Source: the human T2T-CHM13v2.0 reference genome, Homo sapiens
Reading direction: 5' to 3' (one strand)
Assembly (NCBI RefSeq): GCF_009914755.1
Contig: NC_060947.1
Length of the DNA: 64,000 nt
Made by a program: the position numbers and the translations under genes. Positions 51,935 through 64,000 of this stretch are shown one piece after another. The notes under the pieces were generated by a model, which saw nothing but the letters and a program-made list of their open reading frames with translations, was not told the DNA's origin and ran no database searches. The stretch's first letter is position 1. Each line of letters opens with the position of its first letter.

Positions 51935-52390
51935 TTTAATGCATGCATTATTTAGTCAGCAAAATTTGTTGAGTGCTTATTAAGTGCCAGAGGTTATGCT
52001 GGATGCTGCCCCTTAGGAGCTCACAGTTCAGTGAGGAGACACAGATGTAAATAAGATAGAGAAGCAAGTGCTATATAATAGCAGGATATTCAAAATATTC
52101 TGAGTATACAGAGCAGGAAGAACTTAACTTGTCTGAAAAATGAGGGGTGACAGTTGTGTTGTATCTTGAAGATGCATAGGAGTTTGCACACACATAGGCA
52201 AAGAGGTAGAAAGAAGACCATTGCCAGCCAAGGGAAGAGCACGTGCAAAAGCACATTGGAGTGTTCATTCACAATCTGGCGAGGAGTTTGTTGTGGCTAG
52301 AGCATAGGATGCATGTGGGTAGCAGTGGGAAACTGTAAAAAATGAGACTGGGAAGATTATGAAGGGCTTTATAATCCCGTCAGAAGCTAT
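51935..52390 (-). mobile_element. L2 LINE 3' fragment
   Basis: cagcaaaatttgttgagtgcttattaagtgccag; ccttaggagctcacagttcagtg; gaagagcacgtgcaaaagcac. Confidence 0.75.
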
Positions 52391-52404
52391 GCTTGACAAA
52401 AATT

Positions 52405-52985
52405 TTTAATCAGTTAGAGTTCAACCTGAGAAACAAAACCAGTAGGAGATGTATTATTTTGTATTAATATAACATATTGTATTAGTCTGTTCTCACATTG
52501 CTATAGATAACTACCTGAAACTGGGTAATTTATGAAGAAAAGAGGTTTAATTGACTAGAGGCATGATTGGGAGGCCTCAGGAAACTTACAATCATCGTGG
52601 AAGGTGAAGGGGAAGCAAGAACATCTTCACATGGTGGCAGGAGAGAGAGAGAGAGAGCTCAAACGGGAAGTGCTACACACTTAAACAACCAGATCTGATG
52701 GAAACTCACTCATGATCATAAGAACAGCAAGGGGGAAATCCACCCCCATGATCCAATCACCTCCCATCAGGTCCTTCCCCCAACACTGGGAATTATAATT
52801 TGACATGAGATTTTGGTGGTGACACAGAGCCAAACTATATAATATATTAAAAGATTAATTTCAAGGAATTGGCTTATACAACTGTAGGGGCTGGCTAGAG
52901 AAGTCCAAAATTTGTAGGGCAGGCTGGCAGGTTAGAACTCTGGGGCACAGGCTGAAGCTGCAGTCCACAGGTGGAATTTCTCAAC
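52405..52985 (-). mobile_element. MLT2-type (ERVL) LTR fragment interrupted by an MSTA solo LTR
   Basis: gagaaacaaaaccagtaggagat...aaggaattggcttatacaactgtaggggctggc...gctgcagtccacagg. Confidence 0.7.
52478..52842 (-). mobile_element. MSTA solo LTR
   Basis: tgtattagtctgttctcac...gacacagagccaaactatataa, similar to the LTRs at 6878 and 8882. TSD catat/tatat. Confidence 0.92.
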
Positions 52986-53475
52986 ATTTATGGAGAACTT
53001 TTATAGTTTATGGTTCTAATTCTGGTCTGTTCATGCTCACAGGCTCACAACCAAAAGCAAGTAGTGGGAAAATTGAGTCTTAGTTATTTTTACAAATGCA
53101 TTTTACCCACAAACTTTCTATAAGTATAAAAACCCGGATACCATGGATAATATGCTTCATTGTGTCTCCATTCTTCTAAGAAATTCATGATATATTGAAA
53201 TCAGTGATTTCCTTCTTTCTTTATACTATCAAGGCATTCTTCCTAGTTCTAACTTTCACCAGGAATATTTTCTTTTGGGGTAGCCTCCATCACCGCTTGA
53301 AAGCATTTTACTTCCTCATAACAATAAACCAAAGAAAGACTTCATGAGAAGACCTGCCATACATATGATCAGTTGGAGGAAAAAAGAGAAGCAGCTTTCA
53401 AATATGTCTAAACACTCAAATGATGTGCTCTTACATTTAGTTTAGCCACCATAGTTTTAGTGTTTATTTTAACAG

Positions 53476-53573
53476 ACAGAGATAATGTATCACCTCATAT
53501 TACTCAAGTGTGATATACACTGCTTGATGATTCTCGTGAAAGAGTTGCCGACGAAGAAGACCTTAGCATTTAG
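53476..53573 (+). pseudogene. Candidate terminal exon D (phase-1 start)
   Basis: Acceptor tttattttaacag|. Reads (D)RDNVSPHITQV*YTLLDDSRERVADEEDLSI*. Three CpGs retained in CpG-poor DNA. Confidence 0.35.
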
Positions 53574-53579
53574 GTTGAA

Positions 53580-53697
53580 AGAAAGGGACTGTTGGTTTTC
53601 TTTGTTTTTCAAGAACTTTTGCCCTTCAGCATTAAAACTGGAAGCATCGGTGCCTGATATATAGTGGATGCTCTGTAAATATGTGATAAATAAATGT
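53580..53697 (+). mobile_element. L2 3' end
   Basis: agggactg...agcatcggtgcctgatatatagtggatgctctgtaaatatgtgataaataaat. Confidence 0.6.
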
Positions 53698-54079
53698 CTT
53701 GGTTGTTCTTGCATATCATTTTAGTGCCTCCTGTATCCTAACTTAAGGTTATAATCTAAACTGAGCTATCCTTTAATGATGACCCACTTATCCCCTCTTT
53801 GAAGGAGAGAGAACCTAAAAAGCTCATTTATATTAACAGGCTAGAAACTGAAAGATATCCGTTTCAAGAGTGCTTATATTTTACAAGAAGATTCTAGGAA
53901 AGGAAGTGTCTAACCTAAGGTATGGGTAGCAAATGGTAGAAATTCAAGCTCAGGGTGGGGTCCTTTTTTTAGAAGTCTTAAACTCTTATTACATACAAGA
54001 GAGATGCAAACAAAGCATGTGGAGGTTCATATGAGGAAGATTGCATGTTGGTTTGGGCTGGTCAGGGGTCAGACAACAG

Positions 54080-54450
54080 GCTAATTTAAGGAAGCCTTTA
54101 TGGGAGAAAGAGGATTAGAGCAGTGTCTTAATGGATAGATTACATCTCACTATATAGAGATGGAAGAGATGACACAATACATAAAAGAGTGTGAGCAAAG
54201 GCACAAAAGCAGGAAGGCTTGGGTGGGTTCTAAAGAAAGGAAGGTAGCTCAGTTTGTATGAAGATAGAGGAAAGGAAGGAGTGTGGAGGGAGATAAAGCT
54301 GGAAAGTTATGCTGAAATCAGAGCAAAATTATGGAGGGCTCTGAAGGCCAGGCTAAGGGGTCTAAATTTTATTCAGTAGGTAATGGGGAGCCATTGAAAA
54401 TTTTAAGTCAGAAAGTATCATGATCAGAGATGTCTTTAGGTAAATTAATC
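54080..54450 (-). mobile_element. L2 LINE fragment
   Basis: ggaagcctttatgggaga...gagcaaaggcac...aggccaggctaagggg...gtaatggggagccattgaa. Confidence 0.7.
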
Positions 54451-54754
54451 AAATGAAAGCTCTCTTCACCCTAACCACTTTGCTGAAGAGTTTGGTTGAG
54501 AGGAGTAATAGAAAGAACCACCATCTAACTTTTCACTCAGATTATCTTTAGCTCAGTGATTCGTAGCATGTGATGTAACCCCAAGGTGATGTATTCTTCT
54601 ATTGGTAGCAGCTTTGGGAGAAAAGAGGACTAACTCATTCAGAAGTATATTTAGGACTGAATTATCTAGATAATAAACTCCACTTCTTCCTGTTACTAAG
54701 ACTATGTTATTAAGATTATGAATGCTTAGCTTTGGAGATGAGTTAGACTCTCTC

Positions 54755-54918
54755 TACCTAGAACTGTAGTCCAAGGACAAGCAAAATCAGGATCACTTGG
54801 AAAATTGTTAGAAATTAAGAACCTTGGGCTTCACCATAAACCTCCTGAATCAGTATTTGATTTTTTTAAAAAAGCCCCAGGAAATTCCTATGCCCATAAA
54901 CTTTGAGCAGCACTGGGT
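54755..54918. mobile_element. MER5A-like hAT-Charlie element
   Basis: atcacttggaaaattgttagaaat...cctcctgaatcag...ccccagg...aaactttgagcagcactg. Confidence 0.75.
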
Positions 54919-54919
54919 T

Positions 54920-55110
54920 AGAAGACTCAAGTTTAAATCCTGGCTCTGCTACTTAATAGCTGGGTGGCCTTGAATAAGTCATTTCACTTTTCTCGACATT
55001 AATGTCCAAATGAATAATAAATGCCTACTTGACCTACTTCCTAGGATTTTTGTGAAGATAAAATGAGTTGATGCATGTACATGTGCTTTGAAATGTTGAG
55101 TCTCTGTAGA
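54920..55110 (+). mobile_element. MIR SINE
   Basis: tttaaatcctggctctgctacttaatagctgggtggccttgaataagtcatttcac. Confidence 0.8.
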
Positions 55111-55179
55111 TGTTAGATATTACTGTTATTTCCACCTTTACAATGAAAACTAAGAGGGCCTGATGAAACTGGAACCCAT

Positions 55180-55318
55180 GTAGGATTGCCAGATGGCAAA
55201 TAAAAATATATAACATTAAGTTAAATTTGAATTTCAAATAAACTAGTAATCATTTTTAAGTATAAATGCTCCCCAAAGCTAATACATTGTACTATATATT
55301 TGTTAGGTTTCATCCTGA
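55180..55318. mobile_element. MER53-like hAT element
   Basis: taggattgccagat...aagttaaatttgaatttcaaataaac. Confidence 0.7.
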
Positions 55319-55389
55319 GAATAGATTAGTTTAAACAGCTGGTTCCTATTTCAGGAGGTCGTATTGCAGATGAGGTAGCCTTTTATATG

Positions 55390-58300
55390 TGATGACAACA
55401 AACAGATTTTTAATGAGACATTTCTATGAAAACATAAGAAAAACAAAGGTTAATGTTGCACATAATTTAGCCAGATGTTGGACTCAAAACATCTTTAGTT
55501 GCAGAGGAGGAAGGTGGTGGCAATCTGACACATTTTTTCAAACCTGTATCACAAGGAATAAGCTTCAGCTTTCAGGGCCTCAGGAAAAAGGTAGTAGCAA
55601 TTTCATTGAGTCCAAATCAGAAAAATGGAAGAAAAATTTGAAAGCATTAATTTGGAGACTTGTAGTTTGAAAAGAATTCAGGATTTACACCAAATTGTAG
55701 AAAATGATTTTAAAAACCCAATAACAATGGACAAGAATAGTAGCTAACAACAGGTGTAGTATAGATTTTTTCCTGAAACATAATTTTTCTCTCTCTAGTC
55801 CCCATTTTTATTAAAGACAAATTATAGTAGGAAAAATTTATTTGAAAAATAAGTTTTAGTCTTATTATATTTGGCTTGATTATTTGCCTAAAGTGCATCA
55901 AGAATAGTTATTTGCCATATAGGCTTTTTTTTTTTTTCAAATTGGCTTTGCTGGAACTTTTTTTTTCCATAAGGAATCTCAGATTAGACTTTTTTAAAGC
56001 CTCAAGCTCAGCCATGAATTTAGCAGAAACCTGTATGAGTTCAGTGAATTCCTCTCTTCTCAAGGTCCCAAGATAACCTGGGGATCCTGGGTCTGTCAGA
56101 AAATAACATTCTTTACTTACCATGGGTCAGAAGCCCTGTACAAGGACTGCATCAAAGTACGAGGCCAGTTTTCCCAAGGGTCTTTTATTGGCCATGTAAG
56201 TCAACTTTGATTTCTCAAAGCAGTCTGTTTATATCTGAAAACATGCCATTCCAGTCAAAACCTTGGTAAAATTACCAGAGTTCTATTGCAAAAGAAAACA
56301 CATTCATATTGAACATATGCAAATAACCATATTGACATAAATTAAGTATAATTACAAATAGTTTTGAATTTCTGGAGAAATTAGGTAGAGAGAATAAAGT
56401 ATGCTTCAAATTTTGCTCACAAGAGCATACTCTGTCAATAGCTCAAAAGCAAAAGGTTTTCTGGAATCCAAAAAACAAAAGAATTAGCAATGTTTCAAAC
56501 AGAAAATCATAAAAAGATTATTTTAGTCTTTTATTAGTTCAGCACTTTCAATTAATTCATGTTCTGTCAGATATTGGGCTAGCAGTCCTCATGAATACAT
56601 CAGCACTCTACTAGAGTTTAGGAAGTTTGTGCTTTTGTTTTTTGTTTCAATGGCATAATCTCTAAAGTTATCAGAAACATGCATTCAGGAGCATCCATCA
56701 GAGTCTTACAACTAATTATAAACTGCCTTTTGGAAAAGATCAAAACAAGACAACAATTGTATGTGGATGACAAAAGTCTTAGGACAGCCATGGCTAAAAA
56801 CATAATTGACAAGTAAATCTGTTAGTCTATGTGGCACACAATTTAATATAATGATCATAATTATTACTGATAACATATGCTGAGACATGTCAGAATTATA
56901 AGAATCTTAAAAAATTTTGGAATAATACATTTATATAATTTTAACTCAAAGTAAAACACCATTTTATATTTGACAAATCTCCTGTACAATTTTAATATAC
57001 CAAATAAGTTGAATATATTTATTTTGGACTTCAGGGGACTTAATACTTAAAGGTTAATGAAGTAAAAAATAACGTAGAATTTCATTTTTGGAGGTTTGTC
57101 AAATATCAAAGGTTTAAAACACTTTATATCACTAAATAGAATCACAGGTGATTCATTTAGGTGAAGTAATAACTCAAAAATTTCAAAAAGGCAAAAACCT
57201 TTACTCTGATAGAAGGGAGACTCAGCTATCCAAACAAGATTCAGTGAAGATAGCATGAAGCCAACTGAATCTGTCTCTTCTCTCTCCCTTCTTTTATCCT
57301 GCAGTTTACTAGAAAGACAAACAAAAGTCTTTCACCTCTCAATATTACATGAAATTCTTGTTGAAAAGCGAAAATCAAATTTTGCCTTTGCATTAGTGCA
57401 TTATTAATGCTAAAGCTAACTTTTAATAAAATTTTATAAACAAATTATCCATTTTAATTAGTTTGGCCATAAGGTAAGATATGTACAAACCCTTTATAAT
57501 CTTATAATATTTTAATTAAGGAGGAGATTAGTGCCCCATAAATATCCTGTTATTCTGACACATGTGCTTAGATTCTGACCCTGCATCAGTGTTCTTTTTA
57601 TTTTATTGTTTAATTCATAGAAAAACTAAATAGCTTTTTCAAATTTTGGTCAATTTTCTCACACCCACAGATTGTTTTTACAAGATCAATTATTTACAAA
57701 CCTTCTACAACTTGTTTAAACTTTCAGTTTTATATTTTTAACTTAAAAAATCTGTAAACCCTTTAAACTAGTCAAAATCACTCTTTCTTTTTTAAAACAC
57801 ATTTTTATATCTTTTCATTAAAAACACCTAACTTTTGTGTTTAGTGGAATCAATTTTAATTAGGATAGGACACAAGAAAGAACTGCAGATAATTTCTGAC
57901 TTATTCCAGCATGGCTAGGGTGCGTGGCTAACGCCACATGTCCCCAGGTGTTACCTAGAATCTAATGGTTCTAAAGCAGGCAAGTCAAACAATTATAAAA
58001 AATCATGGAAACAGTTTATGCCCTTAAAGCATCTAGCAAGCACTACATTCGACCTGCCTAATTTAGACCAAATTATATTTTGAAGACATTTTCTTTTACT
58101 AATAAATTTTAAAGCTGTCTTGATTTTTCAAAGATTATTAGTCACATGAACTAAAAGGCATTACAGTTTTTATTTCTCTGACAAAATATTTGCTTAAATG
58201 CTTATTTTTTAAAGTCAAATAATTAGAGCTGTTTTATATCATTTGATAATGAAACTTCACACATGCAACACATATAAATAGACAGAAGCAGATCTGATAG

Positions 58301-61300
58301 TTACAAGATTCTTCATTTGCTAGGTTTTAAGTTTTTATCTCACTTTAGACCATCTGTCTCTTTATTACTTGTTCCCTGCCCTAAACAACTGTCAGCCATG
58401 CAGTTCTAAATTTGCATTTTAAAGAAGTAATTCTTAGGTGAAACAAAATAAATAATTCATATCATGATGGCCAAGAAAAGCAGACACTATTACACATTTA
58501 GCTTTCCTTAAAGATGTAAGTTTCTTAATGGGATTATTTGCTTTAGGGTGGAGCCTTTTAAAGACATGGCCAGGAAAGCATGTAGTTTCTAGGACCTAAT
58601 CAACAGGCACAGATGGAAGGCAAAAGAGATCTCCAAAATCAAGGATTTCATTCTTACATCAAACCCTGAATCCCCAAAAGAGGGAAACACTATGAGACAA
58701 GAAAGTGCAATGCTCCCACAGCATATTTCATTGCAAGGACGTTTACCCAAAGCTCTTGGAAAACCCAATTCCAATTAGCACACACTGTAATCAACCTATT
58801 TTCCATCCCATAAATGTGTTTAAGAGCACACTTTTCCTATTTAAATTAGGAAAGAAAAGTAAATCTCAAGACCCCCAAATCACCAAGCCAAGAAAAATTC
58901 AAGCTAGAAACGACATCAGGCAAACCTGCCTCCCATTTTATTCCTAAATAAGAGAGCGAAAAAGGTAAAAGAGCTACATACCTCCCTCACAATTTGCCCA
59001 CAAGGAAATTCCTTGTGGGCCTCAAGATCTTTGCCCTAAAGCACTTCTGTTGAATTTCACCCGGACAATGTATACTGACAGCTGATCTTCACAGGTGCAG
59101 AACAGAAAGTCACCCCTCTGCTCACTTGAGATGAATCCATATCCAGTTGCTTCCTATGCTCTATTGTTTATGTAAAAATGCAGATTCACTGAGCCAGACT
59201 TAATTACATATTCAGTGGAAGGGTGATTAAGGATTCAAAAGAATGCAACCTTTTTCTCTTATCTATCTATTACCTGGAAGCCCCCCACTCCACCCTGCTT
59301 CGAGTTTTGATTTGTCTTGCCTTACCAGACAAACCAATGTACATCTCACACATATTGATTGATGTCTCATGTATCTTTGAAATGTATAAAAGCAAGCTGT
59401 ACCCTGACCACCTTGGGTACATATCATCAGGCCCTCCTGAGGCTGTGTTATGAGTCTGTCCTTAACTTTGGCAAAGTAAACTTTCTAAATTAATTAAGAT
59501 CTGTCCCAGATACTTTTGGGTTCACAAAATGCACAAAGAAAAGAGTATCAACCTGTAGTAATAATTATTCACTGTAAGGAATTACCATTAGCCATTTTAA
59601 AAAGTATACCTCTTATCTAGCTATTATATATCAAGGTTAAATAGGCAAAGTTATTTCTGGTTTCCCCAATAGTCAAAAGATTAGGTACAAGAGAAAGGAG
59701 GGGAAGATAGGAATAAATGGGAAACAGAATTCTATTGACTGAGAAGTTTATACAGAGGGAGAGCATGGGCTTAAAACAATATCTACATACATATAACCCA
59801 ATTATCAGCCTCAATTAAGTCAATTTTTAGCTACAGAACTCTCAAAAGAAAATCCTTTCAAATCTTTTATCACCAGATTTTAGCTGGGACAAACAGTTGA
59901 TATTTCTGGCTTTTGAATTTCTTATCGAAAGCAATCTCTCACATGAAATAAGTAAGCCCTAACTGAGGTTATGACTTAACTGGGGGTGCATGAGGTTTTA
60001 CAAGATTTAGAATCTCCCCAGAGATAGCTCAGAGAGAGGAAAATTCAAGAGATGAAGTCAGAAGCTGTTCATATAGAGGAAAAGAATAAATAAATGCCAA
60101 AGGTTACAGAAATATCAAACCAGAAAGGACTCATTTCCTGATCTGAGGATTGAACCCAGGCCACTGCAGTAAAAGGGCAATCTTAGTTACTGAGATATAT
60201 CTTGGGGCAGTTGCTACTGCTTTTCCCAGAAGCAACCTGGAGCAGACAGTTTTGAGCTTGTGAAGGATTTTGATTGCTCACGATAATTCTTAAGGCTAAC
60301 TGTTACATTATCATGTGTTCTTTTAGACTTGCTGCTTGACATGAACCCCCGAATCCCACCCTCTGGATGGCAAAGACAAAGAGAGTACATCCACTTGGTC
60401 ACAAAGTCAAGTTCCCAAGGACGCAAAACAAGATGAAAGGGAAACCTCATCCAGTTTTTGTTTCAGGGACTCACAGCAAAGTTTGTAACTGACCAGTATT
60501 CAGGGCTGGCTCAAACAGCAGGCTTATAGGCATCCTAGGCCCATGTTCCATCCTATGATACTCCTCCCCATGACAGAATGATGCAGAAAGACAAAAATAC
60601 TAGTCACACAAATCCATTTTCCAATTAATCAAAACTTTGTAGAGGAGACAGTGACTTTTATAATTCACTCAACTGATTTGCTCAGAAAGACAGAGAGAGG
60701 TCAGAATCTGGTTGGTAAGAAATTCTTATCCTTTGTCAGCATGCTAGTTTTTCACATTCCATTTCTCTGCAGCTTCCAGAAGACCACAGTGGCTTCTGAT
60801 AACCCTGCTCGCTGTGCCATAGCTGTGGAGGCCAATCCATGTTACAAAAGAAACTCATCCTTTTCCATTTCACTGAACCACAGGAAAAAAATCTCTCAAT
60901 TTTGCAAGATGCCACTGAACAGGCTGCATGGGGGAACCTAATTCATGTTTCTGATTTCAGCCAGAGCAAAATACATGACAAAACACAGACACAAGTTACT
61001 TTACTTAGAGACCATGTATCAACCTGGCAAGGCTCAAACTTGCTCCCATTGGCTCCTGTCATCCTTTGATCCACTCAATGTGGGATAAAAACACCACTGA
61101 CCAGGAGTTTTAACAGGTGGTATCTGGCCAAGATGGAAGGGTGAACAGCCACTCTGAATTAGGCCTGTTGAACTCCTGCTAGCAGTTCCTTCAGGGCTCA
61201 CCAAATGTGACTGATCAGATAAACTAGAAAAGCCTGCTGGACTTCCATCAGCAATTTCTTCAGAGATTTCCTCTACATATATAAACACACATGATGAAAT

Positions 61301-61717
61301 AAAGATAAATAGAAAGCTTTCCAAACCAGAAAAACATTCCTTCAAACAGGTTCGCAATTCTACATCCAGCTGGACAGCGACCTCCCCAAACTGAGACTCT
61401 TCCTACACTGTAGGGAGAGTCCAACAGTCCCTATGATAGGGTTACAGTGCCTCTAGAGAGGCCAGCAGATTAGGAGAAGGAAGAGGGTGTTTATAGTGTC
61501 TGGAATACTCACCAAACGAGGTTATAAGACATCTTTCAGGAACTATTTCTTCATTGCAATCAGATGCATGCACTATGGGTTAACAGTACCCTGCTGGTAG
61601 AGACAGCACTGGGGCAGCCCTTAGTCCAAGAGAACTGGCCTCTGGATGCATTGCCAGTGAGGGTCTGCCAAATGCAGGCAGGTACCCACAGGGATATTCT
61701 TGACAAGCCCCCAGATT
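55390..61717 (-). mobile_element. ERV1 internal region (MER4/HUERS-P group), non-coding and decayed; no 3' LTR seen
   Basis: MER4-group internal motifs (gtgaattcctctcttctcaaggtcccaag, ccagtcaaaaccttggtaaa, cagggctcaccaaatgtgac). Ends at PBS-side aagcccccagatt next to an LTR8-like segment. No gag/pol/env ORF. Confidence 0.75.
58847..59526 (+). mobile_element. MER4A-type solo LTR nested antisense in the ERV
   Basis: gaaagaaaagtaaatctcaagacccccaaatcacc...ctgaccaccttggg...cagatacttttgggttcaca. 4-bp TSD aaat/aaat. Confidence 0.85.
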
Positions 61718-61864
61718 TGGAGCCTCCTAACGGGTTCATCTTGCCCACTTCTCAAATAGAGCTGATTTATTGAGACGGGGAAATGCAATAAAGAAAGAGT
61801 TTAATACAGGTAGAGCCAGCTAACCAGGAGACTGGAGTTTTATTATTACTCAAGTCAGCCTCCC
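61718..61864 (-). mobile_element. LTR8-like 5' LTR, truncated to ~150 bp
   Basis: aacgggttcatcttgccc...gagactggagttttattattactcaagtcagcctccc. Confidence 0.8.
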
Positions 61865-61867
61865 ACC

Positions 61868-64000
61868 TTTTAAAAAAATAACAGCTTTATTGAGATATAA
61901 TTCACATACCATAAAATTTAGCCATTGTATGGGTGTACAGTTAGTAGTTTTTAGTATACGCAGAGAGTTGTGCAACTCTCATCACTATCAATTTCAGAAA
62001 ATTCTTATTACCCCAAAAAGAAACTCTGTACCCATTAGCAGTCACTTCTCCAAGGCCATGGAAACCACTAATCTACTTTCTGTTTCTATGAATTTGCCTG
62101 TTCTGGTCATTTCATACAAATGGATTTATACAATATGTGTCCTTTTGTGTCGGGCTTCTTTCACTTTAACTTTTTGGGGAATTGTCAAACTTCTTTCCCA
62201 AGTGGCTGCACCATTTTACATTTCCAGCAGCAAAGTATGAAAGTTCGAATTTCTTCACATCATCACTAACACTTACTATTGTCTGACTTTTTTATTATAG
62301 CCATCCTGGTGGTGTAGTGTGGTATCACATTATGATTTTGATTTCTATTTCCTTGATGGCTAATTTGTTGAGTATCTTCTCATGGGCATATTGGCCATTT
62401 TTATATGTTCCTTGAAGAAATGTCTGTTCAGACTGTTTTTTGACTGTTTTAAAATCGGATTGCTTGTCTTTCTATACAAGTCCTTTGTGAGCTAAGTGTT
62501 TTGCATATATTTTATTATATTCTATGTGTTGTATTTTCACTTTTTTGAGGATGTAATTTTCTGTACAAAATTTTTAATTTTGATGAAGTCCAAATTATCT
62601 ATTCATTGTTGATTGTGTTTTTGTTGACATACTTAAGCAATCATTGACAAATTGAAGGCCATGAAGATGTTCTTTTATGTTTTAAGAGTGTTGTAATTTT
62701 AGCTGTTCTGTTTAGTTCTTTCATCCGTTTAAAGTTCATTTTGTATATAGTGCAAAATAAGGGTACAATTTCATTCTTTTGCATGTGGATATTAACTTGT
62801 TATAACACCATTTGTTAAATAAACTCTTTTCCTCTATTGAAACTCTTTTTCTCTGTTGGCCCCCTTGTCAAAAATTAATTAATCATAAATGTGTGTGTTT
62901 ATTTCTGGACTCCCAGTTCTGTTCCATTGGTATATATGTATACCTTCATGCCAGTACCATATGGTAATAATTACTCTAGCTTTATACTGTTTTGAAATTC
63001 AGATGTGTGAGTGCTTTAACTTTGTTGTTCTTTTTCATATTTTTTTTGGTTGTGCTGGGTCTCTTGCATTTTCATTTGAATTTTAGGGCAAAATTGTCAA
63101 TTTCTGTACAAAGGCCATCTGGGATTTTTGGTAAGAATTGCATTGAATCTGTAGGTCAAATTGGGGAGGATAGCCATCTTAACAATATCAAATCTGATTC
63201 ATGAACACAGGGTATCTTTAAATTTATTTAAGTCTTTAAAAATTTCCTTCAGTGATGTTTTATAGTTGTCAGAGTATGTTTTACATTGCTTTTGTTAAAT
63301 TCATTTCTAAGTATTCTGTTTTTATGCTATCTTATATAGCATTGTTTTCTTAATTTCATTTTGGATAGCTATTGATAGTGTACAGAGCAATTGATTTTCA
63401 TATACTGATTTTGTATTTTGCAACCTTGCTGAATTAATTTTATTATTTCTAATAATTATGGGATGATTCTTTAAGATTATATACATTATCATGTTATTTG
63501 TGATTAAAGATATTTTGCCCTTTTTCTTTCCATTCTGATGCCTTTTATTTTTTTTTCTTACCTATTTGATCTGGCAAGAACTTCCAGTACAATGATGAAT
63601 AGAAGTCACTAGAGTTAACATCATTGTCTTATTTTTAATTTTAGGGGTAAAACTTTAAGTCTCTCATAATTGAGTATAATGTCAAGTGTGGGTTTTTGTA
63701 GATTCCCCTTATCAGGTTGAGGATTTCTTTTTCTATTTCTATTTTATTGAGTGGTTTTATAATGAAAGCATATTGGATTTTGTCCATTGCTTTTTCTGCA
63801 TATATTGGGATTACCGTGTGGTTTCTGTCTTTTATTCTATTTATGCGGTATATTATGTTGATTGATTTTTGCATGTTAAACCAAACTTACATTTTTGGGA
63901 TAAATAATAATTGGTCATTTTACATAATCCTTCCTGGATTCAGGTTGCTTGTATTTTGCTGAGACATTTACAAACATATTCAGAAGATACATTGGCCTGT
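61868..64000 (-). mobile_element. Old L1MB7/8-like element (3'UTR plus ORF2), continuing beyond the window
   Basis: cagctttattgagatataattcacatacc...ccccaaaaagaaactctgtacccattagcagtcac. Minus ORF KSINIIYRINRIKDRNH. Confidence 0.88.

Noticed and set aside
53490-53714. 74-aa minus-strand ORF as a real gene
   Set aside because: Its first half is antisense L2 sequence and it has no recognisable homology. The plus-strand exon reading is at least as plausible.
55390-61717. Retroviral gag/pol/env coding capacity
   Set aside because: No long ORFs and no recognisable RT, integrase or env motifs in the six-frame track.

Overview
Primate (human-like) AT-rich genomic DNA made almost entirely of decayed transposable elements; I find no intact protein-coding gene. 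About 1-47 kb is a dense, nested LINE-1 cluster, mostly on the + strand. It contains L1MA-, L1MB-, L1PB- and L1PA-type copies, several Alus and a complete MSTA (MaLR) LTR element. About 47-55 kb holds ancient L3/L2/MIR/MER repeats and a U6 retrocopy. About 55.4-61.9 kb is an ERV1 (MER4/LTR8 group) remnant with a nested MER4A solo LTR, and 61.9-64 kb is an old minus-strand L1MB. Most ORFs in the supplied track are broken L1 ORF1/ORF2 pieces or antisense/chance ORFs in repeats. The main signals are three. (1) Two inverted young L1PA copies about 10 kb apart share two perfectly identical tracts with private variants, which points to gene conversion or inversion toggling. (2) Four exon-like segments in the small unique islands could be remnants of a dead gene or lncRNA exons; this is speculative. 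(3) A 436-bp segment was copied from 3 kb downstream into an L1 3' end. Subfamily names come from my recall of consensus sequences, not from a RepeatMasker run. I see no convincing evidence for a wholly new biological system.
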